Origin: a candidate division WOR-3 bacterium
GTDB taxonomy: Bacteria > Hydrothermota > Hydrothermia > JBDRYB01
Length of the DNA: 64,000 nucleotides
Direction of reading: 5' to 3'
Assembly: GCA_039803205.1 (NCBI GenBank)
Contig: JBDRYB010000001.1
Span: 1-64,000, forward strand
The position numbers were made by a program, and so were the translations under genes. A model generated the notes under the pieces. The model had not been told where the DNA came from and did not search any database. It was given only the letters and a program-made list of their open reading frames with translations. Below, piece after piece: positions 30,674-40,035 of this stretch (the first letter of the stretch is position 1; each line of letters begins with the position of its first letter).

Positions 30674-32408
30674 TCTGGGCCTCACGATCGTCCTGGGCCT
30701 CACGGGTTGCTTTCTGTCCGGCTCCCCCTCCTTTTCCTCAGCATTCCAGTCAGCTCTCTTCTTTCTTACGGTTCTCGCGGCGCTCAGCCTTGCAAGAAGC
30801 GCAATGAGGGTTCCCGGAAAGCCGAATCCCTTGGCATTGGCGCCCCTTCTGGTTTGGCCCCATCTTTTCGCGGCATCAGGGCATATGAACATCAGCTGGG
30901 CGGGGTTGCTCGCGATCGTGGGGTTTGGCCTAACGGTTTTCCTGGACAGCTCTCGTAGGGGATGGAAAAGGGCCTCCGCGGTTGCGGCTGTTTCATGCAT
31001 CATGCCAGCCATTGGTTGGTTCATCTATCACGCGATCCCCCCGGCTGGCCCTAACCTCCTTTCCGACACGGCCGTATTCAGACTAGGGGCGATGGCCGCA
31101 GCGGCAACCATTCTGCTTTTGGTTCAAAAGGACCAAACCGCGTCCTTGTTTGATCCCAGGGGAATATCCCTCGCTGGGGCTGTGGTTCTCGGTTTCTCTT
31201 TGGGGTTCAGGTTCCTCTCCGGCATATACATATCTGTAAACTCGCTGGATTACCTCGCGCTCCTCGTTCCGCTCCTAGCCGCGATCTTCGCTGGGGTATT
31301 CGCGAGGACGAGAAACCCTGCTCACCTCGCGCTTTCACTTGCTTGGGTTGGAATCATGGGCCCTCTTGGGTTCGCTCTGATGGCAGGGCCGGGCCTCGCT
31401 TTGATGCTCCTGGGAAGGGATAAAAGCGCTCCGGCGGCATTCGCCCTTGGAAGTGGGGCCCTCGTCTACCTGGGAGCGCTTCCTTGGGCAAAGGACGGGG
31501 TTATTGGATTCGTGCCCCCAGGCCTCGCGATCGGCCTCGCCACCTTGTTTTTCGCGGTGGCTTTCGCTAGGGCCCTGGATAACCGCTGGGCAAGAGCGAT
31601 CACGAGCGCTCTCGGATACCTGATCCTCGCGGCCTTCATCCGGAGCCTACCCGCATTTACGCTCTCAGCGATCTTTGGGACCTCGGGCTTTCTCGTCGCG
31701 CTTCTCAGGCCCAGGTATATGTGGTGGCTTTTGGGTCTATTCACGCTACTACTCTCCGGACTAAGTTTCGTCTCGCCCTGGAGCCTCAGAGAGAGGCCGG
31801 AGGGCTTAGAAACAGCGCTCAGGGGCCGGGAGCTCTTCAGGGTCCGGGATTATTCGGGGGCGCTTGATGCGCTCTCGCGCTCCGCAATAGGGCCAACAGA
31901 CTGTTTAATGGCCGCAAAAGCCGCTTCTCTGTGCGGACATGACCCATCATTCCTTTATGAAAGCGGCATATCGCGCTTTCCACGGGATAAGGGTCTTTAC
32001 CTCTCATACCTGAGGCATCTCTATGCCAAGGGCCACGAGGCAAGGCTGATCCTCTGGGCGAGAAAGGCGCTCACGACGGGAATAGTTGATCCCTTTGTTC
32101 TCAGGGCCCTGGGCAAAGGGCTCCTCATATCAGGGCAATACACCGAGGGAGCGCAGGCGTTCTTCAGTCAGTTCCTCCTGGGCGACCCGGACGGCCTGCT
32201 ATATCTCGCTGACATATACCAGAAACCTGAGCTCTTCAAAGAAGCGGAGCTCCGGGGCGCTAACTTCGCTGAGGTCTACCGAGACCTGGTCCAGATACAC
32301 CTTATGAGGGGAGACGAGAATAGGGCTGTTTATTACCTGGATGCTTTGTTGGCCTCGTATCCGGAGGACACGGGGCTCAGATCCCTCAGAGAGAGGCTGA
32401 AGCGTTGA
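30660..32408 (+). CDS. Polytopic membrane protein with C-terminal TPR-like region
   Basis: About 12 hydrophobic segments followed by helical repeats. Confidence 0.65.
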   Translation: MRFIDLGLTIVLGLTGCFLSGSPSFSSAFQSALFFLTVLAALSLARSAMRVPGKPNPLALAPLLVWPHLFAASGHMNISWAGLLAIVGFGLTVFLDSSRRGWKRASAVAAVSCIMPAIGWFIYHAIPPAGPNLLSDTAVFRLGAMAAAATILLLVQKDQTASLFDPRGISLAGAVVLGFSLGFRFLSGIYISVNSLDYLALLVPLLAAIFAGVFARTRNPAHLALSLAWVGIMGPLGFALMAGPGLALMLLGRDKSAPAAFALGSGALVYLGALPWAKDGVIGFVPPGLAIGLATLFFAVAFARALDNRWARAITSALGYLILAAFIRSLPAFTLSAIFGTSGFLVALLRPRYMWWLLGLFTLLLSGLSFVSPWSLRERPEGLETALRGRELFRVRDYSGALDALSRSAIGPTDCLMAAKAASLCGHDPSFLYESGISRFPRDKGLYLSYLRHLYAKGHEARLILWARKALTTGIVDPFVLRALGKGLLISGQYTEGAQAFFSQFLLGDPDGLLYLADIYQKPELFKEAELRGANFAEVYRDLVQIHLMRGDENRAVYYLDALLASYPEDTGLRSLRERLKR

Positions 32409-32480
32409 TCTGCCCGGAGAAGTTGTGGCGGCCTCTGACCAACCTGGAAAGCCTGTCCTGGGTTGCTTTATAATCTAGAT

Positions 32481-34280
32481 ATGAGAGCCCTCCTGTTGAT
32501 CCCTTGGGGTTGTGGGCTTATCCTTGCCCAGGAGAAGATCCTGATCCCCATGGATGCCTCTCAAACAGACCATCTCAGAGCATATGGTGTTGCCTACAGG
32601 ACACTGGCAAGGGGGGTTAATGTTGAGTGGCTTTTGAACTGGGAAGGGGGGAGCTTCATGTGCGATCACAACAAGGCTACAGCGGCCGAGTGCGATTCCC
32701 TCGGGGTTTTATATAGGGTAATATCCCCGTCCGAGGCCTCATCCATACACGCGCGGATAGAGGAGGCGAACGCGAACGCGGTTCTTCTTGAAAAGGCACC
32801 CAGGGTAGCGGTCTACATCCCGCCATACGAGGAACCATGGGACGATGCAGTTTCCCTTGCTCTTGAATACGCTGGAATACCCTATGACAGGATATGGGAC
32901 AGGGAGGTTCTCTCGGGCCAGCTCAGGAAATACGACTGGCTTCACCTTCATCACGAGGACTTCACGGGCCAGTATGGCAAGTTCTATGGTTCATACCGAA
33001 ACGCTCCGTGGTATCTTCAACAGGTTGAGATAAACGAGGCGATCGCGAAGGAGCTGGGATACCCCAATGTCCCTGAGGAAAAAAAGGCAGTCGCGAGGGC
33101 AATAAGGGAATATGTATCGGGGGGAGGGTTTCTGTTCGCGATGTGCTCGGGGCCCATTACCATGGACATAGCGCTTGCCGCGGAGGGCATTGACATCACC
33201 GAGGAGGTGTATGACGGGGATCCGCCTGACCCGGATTTCCAATCAAGGCTTGATTTCAGCAAGGCCATGGCTCTCAAGGACGCGCGGCTCATAACCAGCC
33301 CATACATATACGAGCACTCAGATGTTGATGTAACACGGGAGGCGAGTCTGAGGGGCGAAAATACATATTTCAGCCTCTTTGAGTTCTCAGCGAAATTTGA
33401 CCCCGTGCCCACCATGCTCACCCAGGACCACACTGGGGTTGTCAAGGAGTTCATGGGCCAGGATACGGGTTTCCGGAAGGACAAGCTTAAGCCAGAAGTG
33501 GTCGTAATGGGCCAGGTGGAGGGAACCGAGGAGGCAAAATACATATACGGGGCCTACGGAAAGGGCTTCTTCAGCTTTCTCGGAGGCCATGACCCTGAGG
33601 ACTACCAGCACATGGTAGGCGACCCCCCGACGGACCTCAGACTCCACAGAAACAGCCCAGGCTACAGGCTCATACTCAACAATGTGCTTTTCCCAGCGGC
33701 CAAAAGGGAAAAATTAAAGACATCGGCGCCCGGATGGGGTTTTGCTCTGGTTGGTGGGCCGAGATACACGACCGCGGCTGGGCATGAATCGCCGGGCCTG
33801 TCCTGGGAAATAAGCGCGCTTGGACTCATGGGAATCTCCGCGGGACTAACGAGCGGCCTTGGTTTCGGATTATCATGGTTTGATAGCAGGTCAGGGGATC
33901 TTCCGAATGGGGGCTGCGGCGAGGGTTACCTGGGGAAAGGTTTCAACGGAAGGCTCACTCTTATATGGGATCCCATGGCTGAAAGGATCTCGCAAACCAT
34001 CAGGCCACGGCTTACAGCAGAGGCTATCCTTTTCGGCATCCATTACCGCTATGAAGAAAGGGGTGCAGGTGGAACCCGTGTCTCTCCATGCACCTGGCGC
34101 GTTTTGCCTGTCATCCAGATGAGCGCTGGAGCGACCCTGGGGCCTCATCTGCAGATTGATCTTTCTGTTGCGACCGGGGCGGCCGCGCCAGGAGTCCATC
34201 CCGGTGAAACAATCGGTTATCCGGCATACCCGTGGTCCTTTGCCCTTACCAGCAGGCTCTGGTCCCAAAAACGCGCATGA
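32481..34280 (+). CDS. Exported conserved protein (class I glutamine-amidotransferase-like, often labelled 'asparagine synthetase B' in FCB genomes) with C-terminal extension
   Basis: LIPMD..QTDHLRAYG, DWLHLHHEDFTGQYGKFY, GGFLFAMCS, PGYRLILNNVLFPAA. Confidence 0.7.
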   Translation: MRALLLIPWGCGLILAQEKILIPMDASQTDHLRAYGVAYRTLARGVNVEWLLNWEGGSFMCDHNKATAAECDSLGVLYRVISPSEASSIHARIEEANANAVLLEKAPRVAVYIPPYEEPWDDAVSLALEYAGIPYDRIWDREVLSGQLRKYDWLHLHHEDFTGQYGKFYGSYRNAPWYLQQVEINEAIAKELGYPNVPEEKKAVARAIREYVSGGGFLFAMCSGPITMDIALAAEGIDITEEVYDGDPPDPDFQSRLDFSKAMALKDARLITSPYIYEHSDVDVTREASLRGENTYFSLFEFSAKFDPVPTMLTQDHTGVVKEFMGQDTGFRKDKLKPEVVVMGQVEGTEEAKYIYGAYGKGFFSFLGGHDPEDYQHMVGDPPTDLRLHRNSPGYRLILNNVLFPAAKREKLKTSAPGWGFALVGGPRYTTAAGHESPGLSWEISALGLMGISAGLTSGLGFGLSWFDSRSGDLPNGGCGEGYLGKGFNGRLTLIWDPMAERISQTIRPRLTAEAILFGIHYRYEERGAGGTRVSPCTWRVLPVIQMSAGATLGPHLQIDLSVATGAAAPGVHPGETIGYPAYPWSFALTSRLWSQKRA

Positions 34281-35623
34281 TAATCGCAGAACCCCAGCTG
34301 ATTGAACGCCTCGCTCTTTGGGCAATAAAGGAGCGAATTCCATTTCTGGGGCACTTTGGTCTCACGAGGCACTGCAACCTCATGTGCAGTTTCTGTCTGT
34401 GGGGGAAAAAACTGAAGCCTCGCGGTTTCATGTCACAGTTCCTTTTCAAAAAAGCCCTCTCGGAAATGAAGGAAATGGGCACCTTTGAGATAGAGCTGAC
34501 GGGGGGCGATCCTCTTCTTCATCCGCATCTGCCTGATTTCATAAGGATAGCAACCGATCTCAGATTCGTGATAGCGATAACAACCAACGGCCTCAGGTTA
34601 ACAGAAAGAAACCTGTCTGCGATAAAGGAGGGCCTGATCGCGCATGTTTCAGTGAGCATTCACGGAGCTAAGCCCGAAACCCACGACAGAATAGTGGGAA
34701 GACCAGGGGCCTGGAATATATCCCTCCGCAACATGGAGAAGCTTCTGGATAGTGGCGTAAGAACTATTGTTTGCTTCGTGATCACCAAGGAAAATCACCA
34801 GGAAGTCAAAAATGCCAAAGCCCTCTTTGAGAGCATGGGAGCCAGGTTTCAGATGGTCCTGAAGTTGTATAATCCCTTCTGTCTTGAAGAAGTTGAGGCC
34901 TTGAAGCTCAGGGGCCATGCCCTCGCGGATCTGATGGGCCTCTTCCCTGATCCGCCGGTGTGCCCTCATCCTTGCGGCGCTTTCATGAACGCGGTATATA
35001 TCAACCCCAACGGAGATGTTTGGCCCTGTATATCATTTCCCTTTAACCTGGGCAACATCGGTAAAACTAGCTTCAGGGAAATATGGGAAGGGATAAACAA
35101 GGAGACCAGGGCGCTCCGGAGAAACCTTGTCCGCGCGAGAGAGAAGGGAGTCTACCGCGGAGTAGAGTATTTTTGCCCATCAATAAGTCGTGGATATGAC
35201 GGTTCTCTGGGAGGCCTTGAACCCCATGTAAAGGAGATAATAGACGCCTGGTTGAATGAGAGAAACGAATCGGCCAAGAGCAATTTTTCCCTGGATGAAG
35301 TAGTGTCCCCGGACAGACAAATCGCTATAAAGCTCGGGGAAAATCATGGATTCGTTCCCGAGGACGATGTTGCCTTCAGGTTACTGAGGGGAAGGGAAGA
35401 GACCTACCTTGTTCTTTGGAAGAGATCCACGAGGAGATATGCGGCTCTGGAGGGTCCCTGGGCGGAAGCGGTGAGCTGTATCCTCTCTGGCCAAAGGATC
35501 AAGGATGCCCTAAAAATTTTGGAATCATCATTTAAGGGGTTCCGCATGAGCGAGGCCATAGTGGACATGGAAGCTCTTCTCAGCGAAATAGCCGGCATGG
35601 GTTTCATCAAACTTGCCATTTGA
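34277..35623 (+). CDS. Radical SAM enzyme with twitch/SPASM region and C-terminal PqqD/RRE-like domain
   Basis: CNLMCSFC, LTGGDP, CGA...YINPNGDVWPC; last ~90 aa form three strands + helices ending ...LLSEIAGMGFIK. Confidence 0.85.
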   Translation: MIIAEPQLIERLALWAIKERIPFLGHFGLTRHCNLMCSFCLWGKKLKPRGFMSQFLFKKALSEMKEMGTFEIELTGGDPLLHPHLPDFIRIATDLRFVIAITTNGLRLTERNLSAIKEGLIAHVSVSIHGAKPETHDRIVGRPGAWNISLRNMEKLLDSGVRTIVCFVITKENHQEVKNAKALFESMGARFQMVLKLYNPFCLEEVEALKLRGHALADLMGLFPDPPVCPHPCGAFMNAVYINPNGDVWPCISFPFNLGNIGKTSFREIWEGINKETRALRRNLVRAREKGVYRGVEYFCPSISRGYDGSLGGLEPHVKEIIDAWLNERNESAKSNFSLDEVVSPDRQIAIKLGENHGFVPEDDVAFRLLRGREETYLVLWKRSTRRYAALEGPWAEAVSCILSGQRIKDALKILESSFKGFRMSEAIVDMEALLSEIAGMGFIKLAI

Positions 35624-35661
35624 TCCGGATCACTTATCCGGATTCATGGCCCGGTTAAGCG

Positions 35662-35826
35662 CTATTCCTTTTTCGGAGGCGGCGGTGCTGCCTTAGCGAC
35701 CCCTGTGAGGCTCAGGACATCAGCATTCCTTTCCGTGGCCAATATCCTCGGTTTCTCGTAAGGCTTTACCACACGGTCCTTTATCCTCGGGACCCTTCTT
35801 CCCTTATCCTCAGAAGATTTTGCCAT
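35662..35826 (-). CDS. 54-aa peptide with YxxP leader motif, candidate RiPP precursor (not in ORF track)
   Basis: MAKSSEDKGRRVPRIKDRVVKPYEKPRILATERNADVLSLTGVAKAAPPPPKKE*; AAGGA upstream. Confidence 0.72.
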   Translation of the reverse strand: MAKSSEDKGRRVPRIKDRVVKPYEKPRILATERNADVLSLTGVAKAAPPPPKKE

Positions 35827-35840
35827 AATTATATCCTTCA

Positions 35841-36173
35841 TGGAGGCGGGGGGATTCGAACCCCCGTCCAGAGACCCAACCCGTAAAGCACCTACACGCT
35901 TAGCTCGCCCTATTAACGCTCTGGAGGCTGGGCGAGCGAGCCCTTCCAGAGGTTTGCCCCTCTGTTTAACCGGACCCGCGGGGCACGAGCCCGGCGACCC
36001 CGGATCTATGAGGCCCTTCTGGCGCGTCCGGGGAGCGCGGCCAGAGAACCTACGCCCTCAATTAGGCGTATGCGTATGCCTTTTCGGCAGTTATCTTTGC
36101 CGCTTTTTACGGGATGCGGCAACCCGACGTGCGCTTTATCGGGTCTATGGCCCTGTCAAGACCATTCGCCCCC
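35841..36173 (-). ncRNA. ssrA: tmRNA
   Basis: 5' GGGGGCG pairs with 3' CGCCTCC-A including G3:U; T arm GGGGGTTCGAATCCCCC; tag ORF after ATAACT: GCC GAA AAG GCA TAC GCA TAC GCC TAA (36088-36062). Confidence 0.95.
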
Positions 36174-36249
36174 AAAGCTAAGGCATATATAATAAAGGTT
36201 TTGCCGTGGAGGATCAAGTGCTTTTATGAGCGGGAATCTCTGGGACCCT

Positions 36250-36804
36250 CTAAATATCAATCAAAATCACCTTTATTGGCACGGCTGGAAAATGCCTCTT
36301 TAACCTCTCAATGTCCTCAATAAGCTGCTCTCCGTAGGAAACGCCGGATGACATTTCCTTGTGTAAGGCATAGGCAGGGACTATTTCTACGCCAGCATCA
36401 CAGTGGCCCTCGTTAAAGAAATACTGGAACTTAGCAAGATCGTAGAACATGAAAGCATACTTGCCCAGCTGAACTTCAACCAGAACCCTATCCTTCTGGA
36501 AATCTATCTGTTTAAACACCTTCACTGAATCAGAAACAAGTCTTTCGTCTTCGTATGGAAACCTCATATCATGATAGCTGCGGAGCTCCTTGAAGCCTCG
36601 CTTTGCAAACGCCCACCTGAACGCTCGGTTCATTTCCTTCGGATCGTAAAGGAGCTTACCTATCTTACCTTTCTCCTTGCTGATCTTGGTCTTCGTAGCT
36701 TGCACTTCTTCTATGATCTCGTCTATTTCGGACTCAATTACAGGGTATCTAACTCTCAATATCTCAAGCCCGCCCAAGTGCGAATACTCATAAACCTTTC
36801 TCAT
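36250..36804 (-). CDS. Type II restriction endonuclease, BglII/BstYI-like
   Basis: KQIDFQKDRVLVEVQLGKY..MFYDL.KF motif; coupled to an MTase. Confidence 0.85.
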   Translation of the reverse strand: MRKVYEYSHLGGLEILRVRYPVIESEIDEIIEEVQATKTKISKEKGKIGKLLYDPKEMNRAFRWAFAKRGFKELRSYHDMRFPYEDERLVSDSVKVFKQIDFQKDRVLVEVQLGKYAFMFYDLAKFQYFFNEGHCDAGVEIVPAYALHKEMSSGVSYGEQLIEDIERLKRHFPAVPIKVILIDI

Positions 36805-37763
36805 AAGAGACTATCCTCCCAGGGTTGTTTTTTACCCGGCGGCTCATATATGGGCGTCCCCATCTCCCGAAGTCTAAGCTTGCCGCAGGAGAACAAATTC
36901 AACCTTTCAAGCCCTATTTTGTAATATCTTTCATTTATCTCTGCTCCGACAAAGCGCCTTCTGTGCTTTATGGCCGCAATCGCGGATGAAGCCACGCCCA
37001 TGAATGGATCGAAGACCCACTCGTCCTCGTTTGTTAATGAGAGGACAAGTCTCTCTATCAGCTCAACCGGAAACTGAGCTGGGTGCTCGGTCTTCTCCGG
37101 GTGATTACACTTGACATTCGGTATATCCCAGACATCTGTAGGGTTCTTGCCTAGGGGATTACAGGAAGGCTTACCTTTATTCGGCCCTTTGTGGAACTTC
37201 TTGCCCGGATACCTCTGAGGAACCCGAACAGCATCAAGGTTAAAGACATAGGGCTCGCCCTTAGTGAACCACATTATAACCTCGTATCTACCAGAAAATC
37301 TCTTGGACGCGTGAAGCCCGTGCCTGAAGTGCCATACTATCCGGTTGCGCATTACGAGGCCGAGATCCCTGAAAATAGGATAAAGCAGATAATCTATTGG
37401 GATTATACTGCTGTTTTTAACCCAATTTCCGACCTGCCAGCATATAGAACCCCCGGTCTTTGTCACTCGTAAAGCCTCTTTTATTATCTCTCTGTGCCAC
37501 CTTACATATTCATCAAGATCCATCTTTTGCTCGTATTCCTTGCCTATGTTGTATGGAGGAGAGGTTACTGTGAGCTGGACGCTTTCATCCGGTATGAAAC
37601 GCACCAGATCAAAAGCTGAGCCCAGATAAAGGCAGGCCTGTGCAGAGCTATCATAGGTGTTCGTTATCCGTATTTCTCTCTGTTGGTGGGGAACATCCAA
37701 CAGAACCGAAGCCTTGCCATTCAGAAGATCAGAAAGAATCCCCAAAGAATCTCGCTCTGCCAT
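36801..37763 (-). CDS. N4-C/N6-A DNA methyltransferase (beta class)
   Basis: TSPPYN precedes HPAQFP and DPFMG. Confidence 0.93.
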   Translation of the reverse strand: MAERDSLGILSDLLNGKASVLLDVPHQQREIRITNTYDSSAQACLYLGSAFDLVRFIPDESVQLTVTSPPYNIGKEYEQKMDLDEYVRWHREIIKEALRVTKTGGSICWQVGNWVKNSSIIPIDYLLYPIFRDLGLVMRNRIVWHFRHGLHASKRFSGRYEVIMWFTKGEPYVFNLDAVRVPQRYPGKKFHKGPNKGKPSCNPLGKNPTDVWDIPNVKCNHPEKTEHPAQFPVELIERLVLSLTNEDEWVFDPFMGVASSAIAAIKHRRRFVGAEINERYYKIGLERLNLFSCGKLRLREMGTPIYEPPGKKQPWEDSLL

Positions 37764-37790
37764 GGAAACAAATTATAATCTTTTCGGCCC

Positions 37791-38831
37791 CTACGGTTCA
37801 AACACCCCAGGAACCCTCACTCCGCAATCCGGACACCTCCCCTCCTTTAACCTATTTTCAAGAAGGGAAAACCGCCACCTCCTTATGAGGGTTTTCCCGC
37901 AGGATGGGCAACGGGTATCCTCAAGCCCTCTCATTTCCCTGTTCCCGGGGTATACGAACAGTAAGCCCTCTTCACGGCCTATCTCCATGGCTTTCGTGAT
38001 GGAGGAGACAGAAGTCGGGGGGATGCTGTGGACCTTGTAGGCAGGGTAAAAACCGGAGATGTGCCACGGGGTCTCAGGGCCAAGCTCCTGAGCTACGAAC
38101 CTGGCCATTTCTCTGATCTCCCCCTCAGAATCGTTCACCCCTGGAACAAGGAGGGTGGTTACCTCAACCCACACCCCCATGCTCTTCATTATTTTCAACG
38201 CATTCATCACTGGCCTAGGCCTCCCGCCGGTCCATTTCTGCATGGAGGACTTGTTCACAAACTTGAAATCAACATTGGCCGCGTCCAACAATCCCTTCAA
38301 CTCACAAAGCGGTTTCGGGTTTATGAACCCATTCGTAACCCAATTGTTCTTTAGGCCTCGCTCCTTCGCCATTCTCATGGTGTCTAAAGCATATTCATAG
38401 TATATCGTGGGTTCGGTGTATGTGTAGCTTATTGAGGGAACTCCAGCGCTCAGCGCGGCCCTGACTATCTCATTTGGCGGAACCTGTTTTCTCGCAAGGG
38501 CATCCATGGTCCTGGGCTCAAGAACCGGCAGTTGGCTTATCTCCCAGTTTTGGCACCAGAGGCAGGATAGATTACAGCCGGGCGCGGCAACCGAGAGGCT
38601 CGCGGTTCCTGGCAGAAAGTGATAGAGCGGCTTTTTTTCAATGGGGTCTATGTGCGCGGCAATGAGAACGCCGTAATTCAGGCTGATGAGCTCATGGCCC
38701 CGTCTCTCCCTAACCCCGCAGGTGCCGCGCTCGCCTTCTCTGAGCCTACAAGAATGGGGGCACAGGTTGCAGATGATCTCCTGATCCTTCTGGGTGAAAA
38801 AAAGCGCCTTTCTGCTCATCAAAACCCCCAT
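37791..38831 (-). CDS. amrS: AmmeMemoRadiSam-system radical SAM enzyme
   Basis: CNLCPHSC, DPIEKKPLYHFLPG, CNLSCLWCQNWEISQ, C-terminal CPSC/CPDC. Confidence 0.9.
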   Translation of the reverse strand: MGVLMSRKALFFTQKDQEIICNLCPHSCRLREGERGTCGVRERRGHELISLNYGVLIAAHIDPIEKKPLYHFLPGTASLSVAAPGCNLSCLWCQNWEISQLPVLEPRTMDALARKQVPPNEIVRAALSAGVPSISYTYTEPTIYYEYALDTMRMAKERGLKNNWVTNGFINPKPLCELKGLLDAANVDFKFVNKSSMQKWTGGRPRPVMNALKIMKSMGVWVEVTTLLVPGVNDSEGEIREMARFVAQELGPETPWHISGFYPAYKVHSIPPTSVSSITKAMEIGREEGLLFVYPGNREMRGLEDTRCPSCGKTLIRRWRFSLLENRLKEGRCPDCGVRVPGVFEP

Positions 38832-38873
38832 AATAGCGGGAATATCACCTGGGCAACCATGGAGGGATTGCCC

Positions 38874-39995
38874 TTACTTCAGTTCAAAGATGTAATCAAC
38901 CTCAAAAACCTCATCCTTCTCCGTGTAATACCTCCAGGACTTCACATTGCTAACAGCCGCGTTGTCCAGGGTCTGACTCCCTGAGCTCACCACAACCTCA
39001 ACCCTATCAACCACGCCTTTCTTCTTGAGATATACCCTCAGAGTCGCTGTTCCGGCCTCCCAGTTTTCCTTCGCGGCTTTCGGATAGTCCAGGTTCGGCT
39101 TCTCCTTTATCTCAACCCCTGAGGGCTTCCTTATCTTCGTGGTGACCTGAGCAATGGCGGGGGTTTTTTTCGGTTTTCCGCTTATATCAAGCTCCGGAGT
39201 CGGGGTCTGGAGCCCTCCGGTGTATATTCCTCCAGCCGAGGGAAGCTGGGAACCTATCGTGAACTGGAACGAGATAAACCCCGTGTCAATAACCTCAGCC
39301 TTGGCAAAAACCCACCCCTTGGCGCACTCTATGGCCGCGTCGTCAAGGAGCTTTGAACCGGATGAGCTGTCAATCTTCGCTTGAGCAACAGTTCCTGACT
39401 TTGAAACCACAACCTGAACCCTCACGGTTCCCTGAACCGACTTATCAAGCGCCTCCTTTGGGTATTCCGTGGAAGGGCTCTTGATCTTCTTCCGGATCGC
39501 AACCGGGCCTTCTAGGGCTACTTTTACAAAGCCACTCTTCTTTACCCCTTCTGTTCCAAGAGAACCCGCGCCTATATCAATTACAGGGGACGGGGTCGTG
39601 CCAAGGCCGCCTACGCCCGTGGCGCCTATTTCCAGGAGGCCTGATCCCATGATAAACCTGAAAACAGCCACCCCGGTATCAGCCTTATCTCCCTTCGCGA
39701 AAACCCACCCTTTGACACAGTTCAGGGCAGCTGTGTCAAGGAGATTTGAGCCTGATGAGGAATCAACCCTTGACTTTGTCACCGTTCCAGCCTTTGAGAC
39801 GACAAACCATATCCTCACTGTCCCCTGAATGGAATCGTCTAGAGCCTCCTGCGGATACTGGGGAGATGGGTTCTTGACCTTCTCCCTGAGAGCCACCGAG
39901 CCCTCCAGGGTAATCTTTACCGTGCCAGCCTTCTGCGCCTCAAGCTCAACTGAGAGCTGAGACAAAATACCCAATATCAAGAAATAAGGCATCAT
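38874..39995 (-). CDS. Protein with three tandem TonB C-terminal domains
   Basis: Three YP..A....QG.V...SSG...LD.AA...W units. Confidence 0.85.
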   Translation of the reverse strand: MMPYFLILGILSQLSVELEAQKAGTVKITLEGSVALREKVKNPSPQYPQEALDDSIQGTVRIWFVVSKAGTVTKSRVDSSSGSNLLDTAALNCVKGWVFAKGDKADTGVAVFRFIMGSGLLEIGATGVGGLGTTPSPVIDIGAGSLGTEGVKKSGFVKVALEGPVAIRKKIKSPSTEYPKEALDKSVQGTVRVQVVVSKSGTVAQAKIDSSSGSKLLDDAAIECAKGWVFAKAEVIDTGFISFQFTIGSQLPSAGGIYTGGLQTPTPELDISGKPKKTPAIAQVTTKIRKPSGVEIKEKPNLDYPKAAKENWEAGTATLRVYLKKKGVVDRVEVVVSSGSQTLDNAAVSNVKSWRYYTEKDEVFEVDYIFELK

Positions 39996-40035
39996 GGCTT
40001 AATTATAAGGTCTAGCTGGGGTCTGAATTCAAGCT

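Noticed and set aside
35662..35826. Lasso peptide assignment
   Set aside because: Leader is lasso-like but no lasso cyclase or B2 protease is nearby; the 32481 protein lacks recognisable asparagine-synthetase ATP-binding motifs despite its common label
35840..36181. 113-aa plus-strand ORF
   Set aside because: Antisense shadow of the tmRNA
37791..38831. amrS as the maturase of the nearby peptides
   Set aside because: Belongs to a widespread family with no RRE or SPASM domain
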